Source of the DNA: an uncultured bacterium
GTDB taxonomy: Bacteria; SAR324; NAC60-12
Length of the DNA stretch: 41,297 nucleotides
Direction of reading: 5' to 3'
Assembly: GCA_964010765.1 (NCBI GenBank)
Contig: CAXGMD010000021.1
Location: forward strand, 1-41,297
The position numbers were made by a program, and so were the translations under genes. This document shows, one piece after another, positions 9,858-19,276 of this stretch; within the stretch, counting starts at the first letter, position 1; each line of letters opens with the position of its first letter. Under the pieces are notes generated by a model. That model was not told the origin of the DNA. It ran no database searches and was given only the letters and a program-made list of their open reading frames with translations.

Positions 9858-10988
9858 GTGGTCTATGATGTCATCGTTGCTGGTCTTGGCGGAATGGGCA
9901 GTGCCACTGCCTGGCATTTAGCTAAGAAAGGGCACTCAGTACTGGGTATTGAGCGTTTTTCACCCTCCCATGATCAAGGGTCCAGTCATGGAGATAGCCG
10001 GATTATTCGTTTGGCTTATTTTGAGGATCCTGCCTATGTACCCCTTCTAAAAAGAGCTTATGAACTCTGGCGGGAAGCTGAAATAGCTTCAGGCGAGGAT
10101 CTTTTCACTGAGACTGGAGGATTGATGATTGGCCCAAGTGATTCCAAGACAGTGGCTGGAGCCCTCAGATCTGCCCAGGAATGGAATCTTGGCCATCAGA
10201 TGCTCAGTTATCAGGACATGAGAGAACGCTTTCCACAGTTCATCTTAAAAGAAGATGAAATTGCTCTGTTTGAAGAAAGAGCTGGTTTTGTAAGGCCTGA
10301 GAGAAGCTGTGCGACCCATAACAAACTGGCTGAGCAATCTGGTGGAGATCTGAGTTTTGGAGAACAGTTCTTGTCATGGAGGCCAGATGGGGATGGAGTT
10401 CAAGTCATTACAGATAAAGGGATTTATCGGGCAAATCGATTAGTTATTTCTGGAGGTTCCTGGAATCCAAAGCTACTGGCTGAATTGGAAATTCCCATGG
10501 AGGTTAAACGTCTCACTCTATTTTGGTTTGATGTCGAAAATATGGAACAGTGGCAGTTAGGGAGAATGCCAATCTATATTTGGGAACCAAGTGATATTGA
10601 GCAATTTTATGGATTTCCAGCGATTGATGGGCCGGATGGTGGAGCAAAGGTAGCTTACTTCAGGGTGGGACCTGAGTGCGATCCAGATCGAGTGGACAGA
10701 ACCGTCAGACCTGAGGAGGTTGAGCAGATTAGACAAGCGACAGTACGACTAAATAAGTTGACCGGCGCTCCTTTGAGAACAGCTACCTGTCTTTACACGA
10801 ATACTCCTGATGAGCACTTTGTGATTGGGTTGCATCCAGAATATCCTCAAGTGTCCTTGGCAGCTGGTTTTTCAGGACATGGGTTCAAGTTTGCGAGTGT
10901 GATTGGAGAGGTTATGTCAGATCTGGCGATCAATCAGTCAAGTGAGCATCCAATTAGCCTTTTTTCTCCGACTAGATTCCGTAACTAA
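9858..10988 (+). CDS. solA: Monomeric sarcosine oxidase / N-methyl-L-tryptophan oxidase family flavoprotein
   Basis: YDVIVAGLGGMGSA, GSSHGDSRIIRLAYFE, covalent-FAD Cys in TCLYTNTPDEHF, GFSGHGFKFA. Start moved to GTG 9858 after GAAAGG. Confidence 0.85.
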   Translation: MVYDVIVAGLGGMGSATAWHLAKKGHSVLGIERFSPSHDQGSSHGDSRIIRLAYFEDPAYVPLLKRAYELWREAEIASGEDLFTETGGLMIGPSDSKTVAGALRSAQEWNLGHQMLSYQDMRERFPQFILKEDEIALFEERAGFVRPERSCATHNKLAEQSGGDLSFGEQFLSWRPDGDGVQVITDKGIYRANRLVISGGSWNPKLLAELEIPMEVKRLTLFWFDVENMEQWQLGRMPIYIWEPSDIEQFYGFPAIDGPDGGAKVAYFRVGPECDPDRVDRTVRPEEVEQIRQATVRLNKLTGAPLRTATCLYTNTPDEHFVIGLHPEYPQVSLAAGFSGHGFKFASVIGEVMSDLAINQSSEHPISLFSPTRFRN

Positions 10989-11200
10989 AGAGAATTTAAG
11001 TTTTCTAAATGTAAGCTGTCTTTGTCTCGACTATCAGATCCAAAAAGTAATTTTTCAATCAGCGAAATTTTTTTGAATAGATATAATTATAAATCATAAA
11101 ATTTTGAAGTTGGCAGCGAAATATCCGCTAATTTCCTCCCTTCACTGTACTTCAATGAAAATCCGCTGCTAAGTCAGCAAAGCTTCAAAAACAGCTTTTA

Positions 11201-12043
11201 TTACCACTTAAAACTATTCATTTGGAAATCTGGCTTGGCTTTGTGTTTTTGAATCTCAGCGTTGATTTTCTGATCAGATGCATCCCTCAGAATTCCATCA
11301 CGTACCCAGGCGCCTGCAATTCCAAATTTTTTGGCACCCTGAATATCGTGCTCGATTGAATCACCGATGGCGATAGCTCGCACCTTTTCAAACGAATACT
11401 CTCTTTCAGCAAATCTATACATCTCCTCATACGGCTTACCGATCCAGATGACTTTACCACCGGCGGATTCGTAGTATTCTGCAATTTTGCCAGCTCCATA
11501 GGCTAGACCTTTTGGCGTGAGCATCCACTTGTCAGGATTCAGGCAAACACAGGGTAGTTCTTTGGACAGAGGAATCTCCAATTTCTTGATGGCTTTCTCC
11601 CAAGGTTCCACCTCTCCTCGACTCCCACTAAGAATCATCACGTCTGCATCCTCCGGGTCTGCTACTTCCTTGAGCGTGGATCCTAAGAGGGGAGACCGGT
11701 CTTCGTCTCGAGCCATTACCCAACATTTGGATCCATCTACGAGTCCAAGCTTAGATAAACCTCCGGTAAATAGGTAATGTCCCACCTCCCCGGAAGTAAC
11801 GACACCATGAAAAAATTTTCTATTCAGCCCTAGCTGTTCCATGCGCTGATAATTTTTCTCTGCTCTTTTCGCTGAATTGGAGAGAAGAACTACTGTTTTT
11901 TGAGCTGCTTGGAGGTTCTGAAGAGCTTCAATCACACCTTGAAAAACAGATTGGCCATTGTGCAGCACTCCATACTGATCCAGCAGGAAAGTTTCATATC
12001 TATGGGAAAGCTCTTCGAGTTTTGTAAAGGGGGTATTCAGCAT
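11201..12043 (-). CDS. HAD-superfamily subfamily IIA hydrolase (TIGR01459-like), probable sugar-phosphate phosphatase
   Basis: LLDQYGVLHNG (motif I variant), LSNS, CLNPD, IGKPY, IGDSIEHDIQGA. Confidence 0.85.
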   Translation of the reverse strand: MLNTPFTKLEELSHRYETFLLDQYGVLHNGQSVFQGVIEALQNLQAAQKTVVLLSNSAKRAEKNYQRMEQLGLNRKFFHGVVTSGEVGHYLFTGGLSKLGLVDGSKCWVMARDEDRSPLLGSTLKEVADPEDADVMILSGSRGEVEPWEKAIKKLEIPLSKELPCVCLNPDKWMLTPKGLAYGAGKIAEYYESAGGKVIWIGKPYEEMYRFAEREYSFEKVRAIAIGDSIEHDIQGAKKFGIAGAWVRDGILRDASDQKINAEIQKHKAKPDFQMNSFKW

Positions 12044-12046
12044 GGC

Positions 12047-13333
12047 CTAGCTACTTAGTAAGCCCTTCCAGGCAAGTCGGGCGGCTCCTGCAGCAGCTTG
12101 ATCAGAGGCAATATTCAGCATTGGAACTGGGATTTTCTTTCGGCGAAGTGCGGTCCAAAAGGAATTCTTTGAACCTCCTCCAACTGTACGAAGTGACTTC
12201 AAGACTGGGCCTCCTAGTTCATTTAGTCGATTGTAGGCCAGCGCTTCCACTGCGCTCATTCCTAATAAAAGACCATGGAGGAAAGTTTGGTCATCGGTAG
12301 GCTTTGGCTCTAAGCGTGGGGTGAAGGTGGGATCATTGATTGGAAATCTCTCTCCGGGTTTCAGCAAGGGATAGTAATCAAGATCGACTGTTGTCTCAGG
12401 GTCAATATTTTTGGAAAGTTTAAGCAGTTCCTCATCTGAAAAAAAATGAGTGAGCACGTTGCCACCCGTATTTGAGGCTCCGCCTGGTAACCACTGATCT
12501 CCAATTCGATGACTGTAGATTCCATATTCAGGAGCAAAAACTGGTTGATCGCTTAGAATTTTAACAACAAGAGTCGAACCAAGTGAAGTAACCCCATCCC
12601 CAATTTCGGATGCACCTGTTGCCAAGAAAGCAGCACAACCATCCGTAGTCCCTGAAACGATTTTGATGTCTCGTGCAAGCACAAAGCGATCTGCAATTTT
12701 TTGGTCAATCTCACCTGTGACTAGACCGGGTTCTTTGGGTTCTGGAAGTAACTCACGCCGCGCTTTTGTTTGGGAGATCCAATCGGGCCATTCTCTATGG
12801 ATGGGGTCATACCCTGTTTTTAGTGAGTTGTTCTCGTCGCTCCATCGGTACTCGCCAATAAATTTCCCAAGTACCCAGTCTGCCTGGTGAAGCACTCGTT
12901 GACATCCATGCAGTTCCTGAAGCTTCATCAACTTTGCCAATCCAGAAGTGGCTCCATGCGCCGCACTCTCCCTTGGAGCATATTGGCGAATCTGCTCAAG
13001 AACATGAGGTTCTTCGACAGGATCGTTATACATCAGCGCATCGCCAATGGGTTCTAGGTTATTGTTGAGGGACAACATAGTCCCAGACGTCCCATCAACG
13101 GAGATTCCTGCAACCTGACTCCATTGTTCATGTGCTTCTATCCGCAATTGCTCCAGAGTGGATTCCAAGGACTTCCACCAGAAAGCGGGGTTTCGATGAT
13201 TAGAACCGAAATCTGACAGGAGGCTAGACTGCTGAGCTACCACATCAAATTTTGAATTCATCAAAACTGCTCGCACACCAGAGGTGCCGATGTCAATTCC
13301 AAGGACCAGTGCTGATTCTAGAGAAGATGTCAT
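12047..13333 (-). CDS. FGGY carbohydrate kinase, D-ribulose kinase-like (SePSK/AtXK-1 clade)
   Basis: GIDIGTSG, DGTSGT, GTTDGCAAFLATGA, TSLGSTLVVK, GIYSHR, GGASNTGG, DYYPL..PGERFPINDP; this short 428-aa pattern matches my recollection of the clade. Confidence 0.8.
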   Translation of the reverse strand: MTSSLESALVLGIDIGTSGVRAVLMNSKFDVVAQQSSLLSDFGSNHRNPAFWWKSLESTLEQLRIEAHEQWSQVAGISVDGTSGTMLSLNNNLEPIGDALMYNDPVEEPHVLEQIRQYAPRESAAHGATSGLAKLMKLQELHGCQRVLHQADWVLGKFIGEYRWSDENNSLKTGYDPIHREWPDWISQTKARRELLPEPKEPGLVTGEIDQKIADRFVLARDIKIVSGTTDGCAAFLATGASEIGDGVTSLGSTLVVKILSDQPVFAPEYGIYSHRIGDQWLPGGASNTGGNVLTHFFSDEELLKLSKNIDPETTVDLDYYPLLKPGERFPINDPTFTPRLEPKPTDDQTFLHGLLLGMSAVEALAYNRLNELGGPVLKSLRTVGGGSKNSFWTALRRKKIPVPMLNIASDQAAAGAARLAWKGLLSS

Positions 13334-13357
13334 CTATGTTGGATTTGTTGAATGAGG

Positions 13358-14407
13358 TCAAGCTGAGGCATTTCGTCGAGCTAGTTCCTGTCGATACTTC
13401 TCCGCATCCCAATTCAGAAGTGCTGCTTCATCATTGAAAGTCAACTTTTGAACTCTATCGTTGGTTTGTAACCGAGCTGCAACTTCTGTCAGAGAAAATA
13501 ACATTTCATCGGTGCCGCGAGGGGCTTGCTTGTTTACCAACACGGTTTGATCAGGGACGATCAAAGCTTTGGGAAGGCTTTCAGGTTGGTTCTGCTCAAA
13601 CTGGTCTAAAGTTGTACTTGAGTCCAGGAGTTGAACACCTGAACCCAGAAAAATGACGTGATCAGGGTAAAGCGAACCCTTTTCTACCTTTTCCAGAGAA
13701 ATAGTGTCATGGGCAATTCCTTGGGCAAAGAATTCAGCATCTCGATAGTTGGATTCTGCTGGAAGAGCAAAATTAGACTTTGGAATGGTAACTTCTCTTC
13801 TAGCGCGCCTAAGCCTTTGGTGTACTTCCAACAAAAGCTGATGCGCCTCTTTAATTGAATCAGCAGCTACGACCAACCCATGATTTCCCAGGATCAATAC
13901 GTTCGTCTTCTCAGTGATCTTTGATTGTATCTCACGAGCCAGCGGTAGTCCGGGCCTTCTGTAAGGTATGAAAACCCAGTCGAGGCCTTCCAAGGGAGTA
14001 CCCAAAAGCTTTTCAGCATTTTCAAGAACAGCCCAAGAGATCGTTTCTACACAATGAACATGGAGCACAACCCGGTGTTTTAATGAGGCGTGAACTACCG
14101 TCTCAATTGATGGACGAAGAGATTCATTGGGGTCTGCTTTGAAATATTGAGGCTTTTCCACCTGCTCGTCATCCTGCGCCATCGCTTGCTGTATCTTGGC
14201 AAGATCTACAGCAACCATGGTCTTATTTTCTGTCGCTTCTGATAACCAGGTCCCGGATGCTTTCACCCAGAGTAGACCGTCTTCTTTAATGGATGTATTT
14301 CCCCCTGCCCCCTGTACCAATAAAGGATTTTTTCCGATCTCAGCAGAGAGTTCACAAAATTGCTGAAATTCTAAACTTTTTGAAAAATTAAATACTGAAT
14401 CATTCAT
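13358..14407 (-). CDS. Class II aldolase/adducin family protein (RhaD-like domain, stand-alone)
   Basis: QGAGGNTSIKE, VKASG, RPSIET..H, HVH, PYRRPG, LGNHGL, LYPDHVIFLG. Start moved to ATG 14407, which removes the overlap with the upstream gene. Confidence 0.85.
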   Translation of the reverse strand: MNDSVFNFSKSLEFQQFCELSAEIGKNPLLVQGAGGNTSIKEDGLLWVKASGTWLSEATENKTMVAVDLAKIQQAMAQDDEQVEKPQYFKADPNESLRPSIETVVHASLKHRVVLHVHCVETISWAVLENAEKLLGTPLEGLDWVFIPYRRPGLPLAREIQSKITEKTNVLILGNHGLVVAADSIKEAHQLLLEVHQRLRRARREVTIPKSNFALPAESNYRDAEFFAQGIAHDTISLEKVEKGSLYPDHVIFLGSGVQLLDSSTTLDQFEQNQPESLPKALIVPDQTVLVNKQAPRGTDEMLFSLTEVAARLQTNDRVQKLTFNDEAALLNWDAEKYRQELARRNASA

Positions 14408-14435
14408 GAAAATAATATCTGTTTTTTTGGAGATT

Positions 14436-15479
14436 TTAACAAGGATTGAGAGGGGATTCGCCGAGAAGATACCGTTGAACTTCTTGTGCAGCCTGTTCAG
14501 CAGCATACTCTACTGTGCGAAGGGAAGCGCCAGCGATATGAGGAGTCAGTGTGACGTTATCAAGTTTTAGCAATGGCCAATCTGGAGGAACTGGCTCTAC
14601 TCCAAACGTTTCCAGCATAGCCCCTCGAAGATGACCGCTGGTTAGTGCATCGGTCAACGCTTGGTAATCTACCATCGGTCCACGAGCTGTGTTGATGAAG
14701 TAAGCATCTTTCTTCATCTTCTGGAAGGCCTCTCGATTGATGAAACCAGTTGTCTCCTTTGTCACTCTCGAGTGCAAACTAACGACATCCGATTTCTTTA
14801 GTAAGGTATCTAAATCAACCTGTTGCACACCGTTTTCTTTGTCGTCTGAACTTAACTTAACATATGGATCACAGACCAGGATTTGGCATCCAAAAGGCTG
14901 AAGAAGTTTCACAACCTTAGTCCCAATGTGACCATAGCCAATCAATCCAACGGTCATCTGTGAGAGTTCTCTGCCAGTGACGTCAGCCCGATAAAGATCT
15001 CCACGCCAGGTTCCATTTCGAAGAGATTCATGGCCCAAGCGAATCAGCCGTGTTTCTGATAAGATTGCCCCAATTGTGAACTCTGCCACAGCGCTCGCAT
15101 TTCTGCCTGGAACATTGACCACTTTGACATTGGACTTCCGAGCAGCTTCCATATCGATATTAACTGGACCTCCACGAGATACAGCGATGAGACGAAGGTT
15201 CTTCAGTCTGCTAAACATCTCTGCTGAAAAAGGAGCAAGATGGTCCACAACAATTTCTGAATCACCAATGAAGCTGACGATTTCATCGGGATCCCCCATG
15301 TATTCTTTAAGGCCTGCCATCCCAGGTTTTTCGTACCCATGCTCCATCGGCTCATCGGGCCAAGGCAACTCCAATTCTTTAAAGAGATGATTGTTGCCGC
15401 AAGTCTTTTCGAGGTGTTCTCTAAAGATCTCAGTCTTCATGAATCGATCACCGATGATGGCAATCTTTCTAGGTTCCAA
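14436..15479 (-). CDS. D-isomer-specific 2-hydroxyacid dehydrogenase family protein (RbtA-like polyol-phosphate dehydrogenase candidate)
   Basis: VSRGGPVNID, PGRNASAVAE, GYGHIG, INTARG, EP, TPHIAG; TTG start with AGGAGA RBS; lies directly after the EryA-like kinase. Confidence 0.82.
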   Translation of the reverse strand: MEPRKIAIIGDRFMKTEIFREHLEKTCGNNHLFKELELPWPDEPMEHGYEKPGMAGLKEYMGDPDEIVSFIGDSEIVVDHLAPFSAEMFSRLKNLRLIAVSRGGPVNIDMEAARKSNVKVVNVPGRNASAVAEFTIGAILSETRLIRLGHESLRNGTWRGDLYRADVTGRELSQMTVGLIGYGHIGTKVVKLLQPFGCQILVCDPYVKLSSDDKENGVQQVDLDTLLKKSDVVSLHSRVTKETTGFINREAFQKMKKDAYFINTARGPMVDYQALTDALTSGHLRGAMLETFGVEPVPPDWPLLKLDNVTLTPHIAGASLRTVEYAAEQAAQEVQRYLLGESPLNPC

Positions 15480-15489
15480 GTAATTCTCC

Positions 15490-17022
15490 TTAGTTATTTA
15501 ATGATTTCCAAAGCGGCAGATAGGCTTGGCGCGCTTTAACGTAAATAGGATATAGTGAATCATAAATTTGACTTTGCGAAGCATCATATTCTTCAGCTTC
15601 GCTTAGATATGGATAAACCCAATCTTTAACGCAGGCGGCCATAGTCGGGTAAATTCCCAAACTAACCGCAGCCATCATCGCTACTCCAGAAGCTCCTGCT
15701 TCTCCTCTTTCGGCGGTACGAAAACGAGTCTTCAAGACAGATCCCATGATCTTTCTAAGCGCTTTGCTGCGTGCAGCACCACCTGAGAGTCGAACTTCTG
15801 CGGGTACTCCCCCCGCAGCCTCGTAACAGTCCCTTGCTGCGAAAGACAGTCCTTCATAGACTCCTCGCAACATATCGAAATAGCCGTGTTTAGAAGATAG
15901 CCCAATGAAGCTGGCTCGAGCATTGGCATTGATGAAAGGTCCTCTTTCTCCAGCTTGCGATATGTAGGGATGGTAAAGAAATTCTGCCGGTGAGGCATTA
16001 AGGATGTGTTGGTCCAAATCTTTGAGAAGATCTGAGCGATTTTTTTGAATGCCCTGGAATTTCAAAACATCAATTGCCAGGTCTAACATCCAATCAATGT
16101 TGAGCGTCGCAGCCATGTTCGACTGCATTTGACTGTATGTCCCATCAACAGGAAAAACCATCGTGTAGCCCGTTGATTCCTGATTAAGTTTGACCTCATC
16201 TACGGAATCGACATAGCGCATGTGCATGCCTGTTGATCCAATGATCGTACATCCTGTTTGATAGCCTGGGTCGTAGAGGCCCGAGCCGAGGGCGGTACAG
16301 ATTACGTCAACATATCCCAAAACAACAGGGATGCCGGATTGAAGGCCACAAAGCCTAGCTACGTTGTCTGACAGCGGGTGGGAGACTTTGGTTCCGTCAA
16401 CGACTTTGGGAAACAAAGCTTTTTGCTCAGTCAGTCCCAGCAGTTCGATGACTTCATCTGAAAAATCTCTTTCTCGAAAATCGCCACAACTGAAGACGCT
16501 TTCAGTGGGATCAGTAGCTCGGACACCAGTTAGATTAAAATAAAGCCAATCCTTGCAATGGAAAGCTGTCGCGCTCTCTTTCAGAATCTCCGGTTGGTAT
16601 TTTTTCATCCACAGCATTTGAGGGCCTTGGTCACAGGCAGCTAGACCAGTACCTGTCAACTCAAAACGTCTTCTAGCGTTGGAGGACTCCCCGTAGCTTT
16701 CAACCAAGTCCGCGGCCCTCGCATCCAGCCATAACCAACCTCGTCCTACAGGGCTGCCATCCTCATCAATTAACCAAGTCCCAGAACCCTGACCCGTCAC
16801 AGCAATACCAACGATTTGATGCTCATCTAGCTTTTCTAGGATCTGGCGGATGACTTCAAGAGAGTCTGCCCAAGTTCGTTCAAGTTCCTGTTCAACCCCA
16901 CCGTTTGGAAGAATTTCATAATGATTAGCTTTGGCTGCTACCGCAATTTGGTTGCCCTGTAGATCGAAGGCAACAACCTTAATTACAGAAGTCCCTGCGT
17001 CAATTCCCAGAAGAAGATCCAT
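15490..17022 (-). CDS. eryA: FGGY polyol kinase, erythritol kinase EryA-like
   Basis: GIDAGTSVIK, TGQG.GTWL, WLWLDAR, FHCKDWLY, GSTGMH, SNMAATLNIDW, HPYISQAGERGPF, GGAARS are typical of EryA; actual substrate not certain. Confidence 0.75.
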   Translation of the reverse strand: MDLLLGIDAGTSVIKVVAFDLQGNQIAVAAKANHYEILPNGGVEQELERTWADSLEVIRQILEKLDEHQIVGIAVTGQGSGTWLIDEDGSPVGRGWLWLDARAADLVESYGESSNARRRFELTGTGLAACDQGPQMLWMKKYQPEILKESATAFHCKDWLYFNLTGVRATDPTESVFSCGDFRERDFSDEVIELLGLTEQKALFPKVVDGTKVSHPLSDNVARLCGLQSGIPVVLGYVDVICTALGSGLYDPGYQTGCTIIGSTGMHMRYVDSVDEVKLNQESTGYTMVFPVDGTYSQMQSNMAATLNIDWMLDLAIDVLKFQGIQKNRSDLLKDLDQHILNASPAEFLYHPYISQAGERGPFINANARASFIGLSSKHGYFDMLRGVYEGLSFAARDCYEAAGGVPAEVRLSGGAARSKALRKIMGSVLKTRFRTAERGEAGASGVAMMAAVSLGIYPTMAACVKDWVYPYLSEAEEYDASQSQIYDSLYPIYVKARQAYLPLWKSLNN

Positions 17023-17024
17023 AA

Positions 17025-18155
17025 TTACATCTCCAGACCGTGGGCTATAGCGTTTCCGTTTTCAGCATCAAAGAAGTGAAGATCTTCAGCTTCTAGATGA
17101 AAAGGAACATTCTCATCCAATTGGAATTCTTCTCTTTGGTGAGAAACGGCAACGATGATCCTATTCGCAAATTCTGCTGCAATGTGAGATTGATCTCCAA
17201 GCCATTGATTGGAAATTACCTGTGCCTGCAAAGCTCCCTTTCCCAATTTAACAGCATGTGGTCTAAGACCGAGCACGATTCTCTTATGTTGAATCAATTG
17301 GGCACGCAAGGGCTGCTGAAAATCAACTTTTTGATAATCAAGGAGTTCTCCTGTCTCTTCCAATTGAAACTGAAAACCCTTACCGACTGGCTTCACTTCA
17401 GCGGCAAATGTGTTCATCGGCGGTTCCCCGATGAAAGTTCCAACATAAATGTTTGCGGGCCTATGCTTGAGCTGTGTTGGTGTTTCAAACTGTTGTAGTT
17501 CGCCATCTTCCATTACAGCAATGCGGTCAGCAAGGGCATTTGCCTCAGTTTGATCATGAGTAACTAGTACTGTTGTCATCTGATGTTCTTGCAGGTACTG
17601 CTTCAGACGAACCCGCAAAACTGAACGAAGCTGAGGTTCGAGCTGCCCCATGGGTTCATCTAGTAGATACAAATCCGCTTTACGAACCAAAGCTCTGGCC
17701 AAACTAGCACGCTGCTGCTGCCCTGCGGAAATCGAGGAGGGGTATCTTTCCAAGATCTCTTCGATCTCCAGAAATTTTGCCATCTCCATGACCTTTGCAT
17801 CAGATTCTGACCGAGAGACACGCTCAGCTTTCAGGGCAAAAGCAATGTTGTCTCTCACAGTAAGTGGGGGGTACAAAGAGTAACCCTCAAACGCCATTGC
17901 TACATTTCTTTTAGCTGGAGGCAACTGCTGGATTTCACGATTAGAGAGTTGAATTGTTCCCCCTGTAACACCCTCAAATCCGGCGATCATCCGTAATGTT
18001 GAAGTCTTTCCACATCCAGATGAACCAAGAAGAGCAACGATTTCACCTTTGCTAATCTGTAGCGAAAGATTTTTCACAGCTCGAACTGCTGCCTCGATCT
18101 TCTTACCGTAATAAGTCTTGTCAACAGAGTTGAGACTCAACTGGACTTCAGACAC
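17025..18155 (-). CDS. CUT1 sugar/polyol ABC transporter ATP-binding protein 2
   Basis: GSSGCGKTS, signature ISAGQQQR, LDEP, THDQ, TOBE-like C-terminus. GTG 18155 follows GGAGA; TTG 18167 is an alternative start. Confidence 0.9.
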   Translation of the reverse strand: MSEVQLSLNSVDKTYYGKKIEAAVRAVKNLSLQISKGEIVALLGSSGCGKTSTLRMIAGFEGVTGGTIQLSNREIQQLPPAKRNVAMAFEGYSLYPPLTVRDNIAFALKAERVSRSESDAKVMEMAKFLEIEEILERYPSSISAGQQQRASLARALVRKADLYLLDEPMGQLEPQLRSVLRVRLKQYLQEHQMTTVLVTHDQTEANALADRIAVMEDGELQQFETPTQLKHRPANIYVGTFIGEPPMNTFAAEVKPVGKGFQFQLEETGELLDYQKVDFQQPLRAQLIQHKRIVLGLRPHAVKLGKGALQAQVISNQWLGDQSHIAAEFANRIIVAVSHQREEFQLDENVPFHLEAEDLHFFDAENGNAIAHGLEM

Positions 18156-18185
18156 GAAAATCTCCAACTAGCTGGAATAAAATTT

Positions 18186-19274
18186 TTAATTTTGCTCGGG
18201 TAAACATCTTTGACCAGTTTCTGTTTCGAAGAGCATCAGATCCTCAGGCACTACCATTCCCCAAAAGGCATCACCAATCCTTGTTGTCTGTTCTTCTGCT
18301 GGGTAGGTGGCTAGGAGTTCCAAGCCTTCCTGACTTCTTAAAAGGACAACTGATCGTTCATTGAGTGGAGTGATGGTGATCACCTCGTAAGAAGTTGTTC
18401 CAACACGCTTTTCTCGAAATAATTTTATGGATTCAGGGCGTATCCCGATATCACAGGTTTTTCCAGCCTTGTTCTGAAACCCTTTGGGAAGGATGAGCTG
18501 GTTTTGGTTAACCAAAACTCTATTTGCCTGCTCATTGACTTGACCACGAAAAATATTGATGGCTGGTTCTCCAAAGAGCTTTGCAACCTCAATTGAAGAT
18601 GGTCGAAGATAAATTGATTCTGGTGCGTCAAACTGAGCGATTTTTCCTCCCACAAGCACTGCAATTCTGTCAGCGAGGGCCATTGCCTCCCGATAGTCCT
18701 GAGTCACGTAAAGAACGGTTGAACCAAATCTTCGAAGCAGACGAGGCAACTCCAAACGCATCTCAAACCGTAGCTTAGCGTCCACGTTTCTAAGCGGATC
18801 ATCCAAGAGTACAGTCTTGGGTGCAGCAACCAATGCTCTTGCTAGAGCAGTCCTTTGCTTTTGTCCGTTTGAAAGTGCTCTTGGTAAGTGTCCCAAAACG
18901 TGTTCAATTTTGAGAAGTTTTGCAATTGATTTTACTTGCTGTTCAATTTCAGAGTCGCTTTTTCTAAGTGCTGTTAAAGGGCTAGCGATATTCTCCCGGG
19001 CGGAAAAGTGGGGAAAGAGTGCAAAGTTTTGGAACGCCATTCCAACGTCACGATGTTCAGGAGCAACATCCGTCATATCATGACCTTGTAGTACAACTTT
19101 GCCTTCCTCGGGCTCGTAAACGCCTGCGATGACTCTCAATAAGACAGTTTTGCCGCTTCCAGAGGGACCAAAAATTACAAGTGTCTCTCCTGCTTCAGCT
19201 TCGAAGGAAACTTCGTCAAGAACTACATCCTTTTTGAATTTTTTTGTAACTCGATCTAATTGCAATGTTGCCAT
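18186..19274 (-). CDS. CUT1 sugar/polyol ABC transporter ATP-binding protein 1 (degenerate catalytic site)
   Basis: GPSGSGKT, FQNFALFPH, LSNGQKQR, Walker B LLDDP, switch YVTQD. Confidence 0.9.
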   Translation of the reverse strand: MATLQLDRVTKKFKKDVVLDEVSFEAEAGETLVIFGPSGSGKTVLLRVIAGVYEPEEGKVVLQGHDMTDVAPEHRDVGMAFQNFALFPHFSARENIASPLTALRKSDSEIEQQVKSIAKLLKIEHVLGHLPRALSNGQKQRTALARALVAAPKTVLLDDPLRNVDAKLRFEMRLELPRLLRRFGSTVLYVTQDYREAMALADRIAVLVGGKIAQFDAPESIYLRPSSIEVAKLFGEPAINIFRGQVNEQANRVLVNQNQLILPKGFQNKAGKTCDIGIRPESIKLFREKRVGTTSYEVITITPLNERSVVLLRSQEGLELLATYPAEEQTTRIGDAFWGMVVPEDLMLFETETGQRCLPEQN

Positions 19275-19276
19275 GA

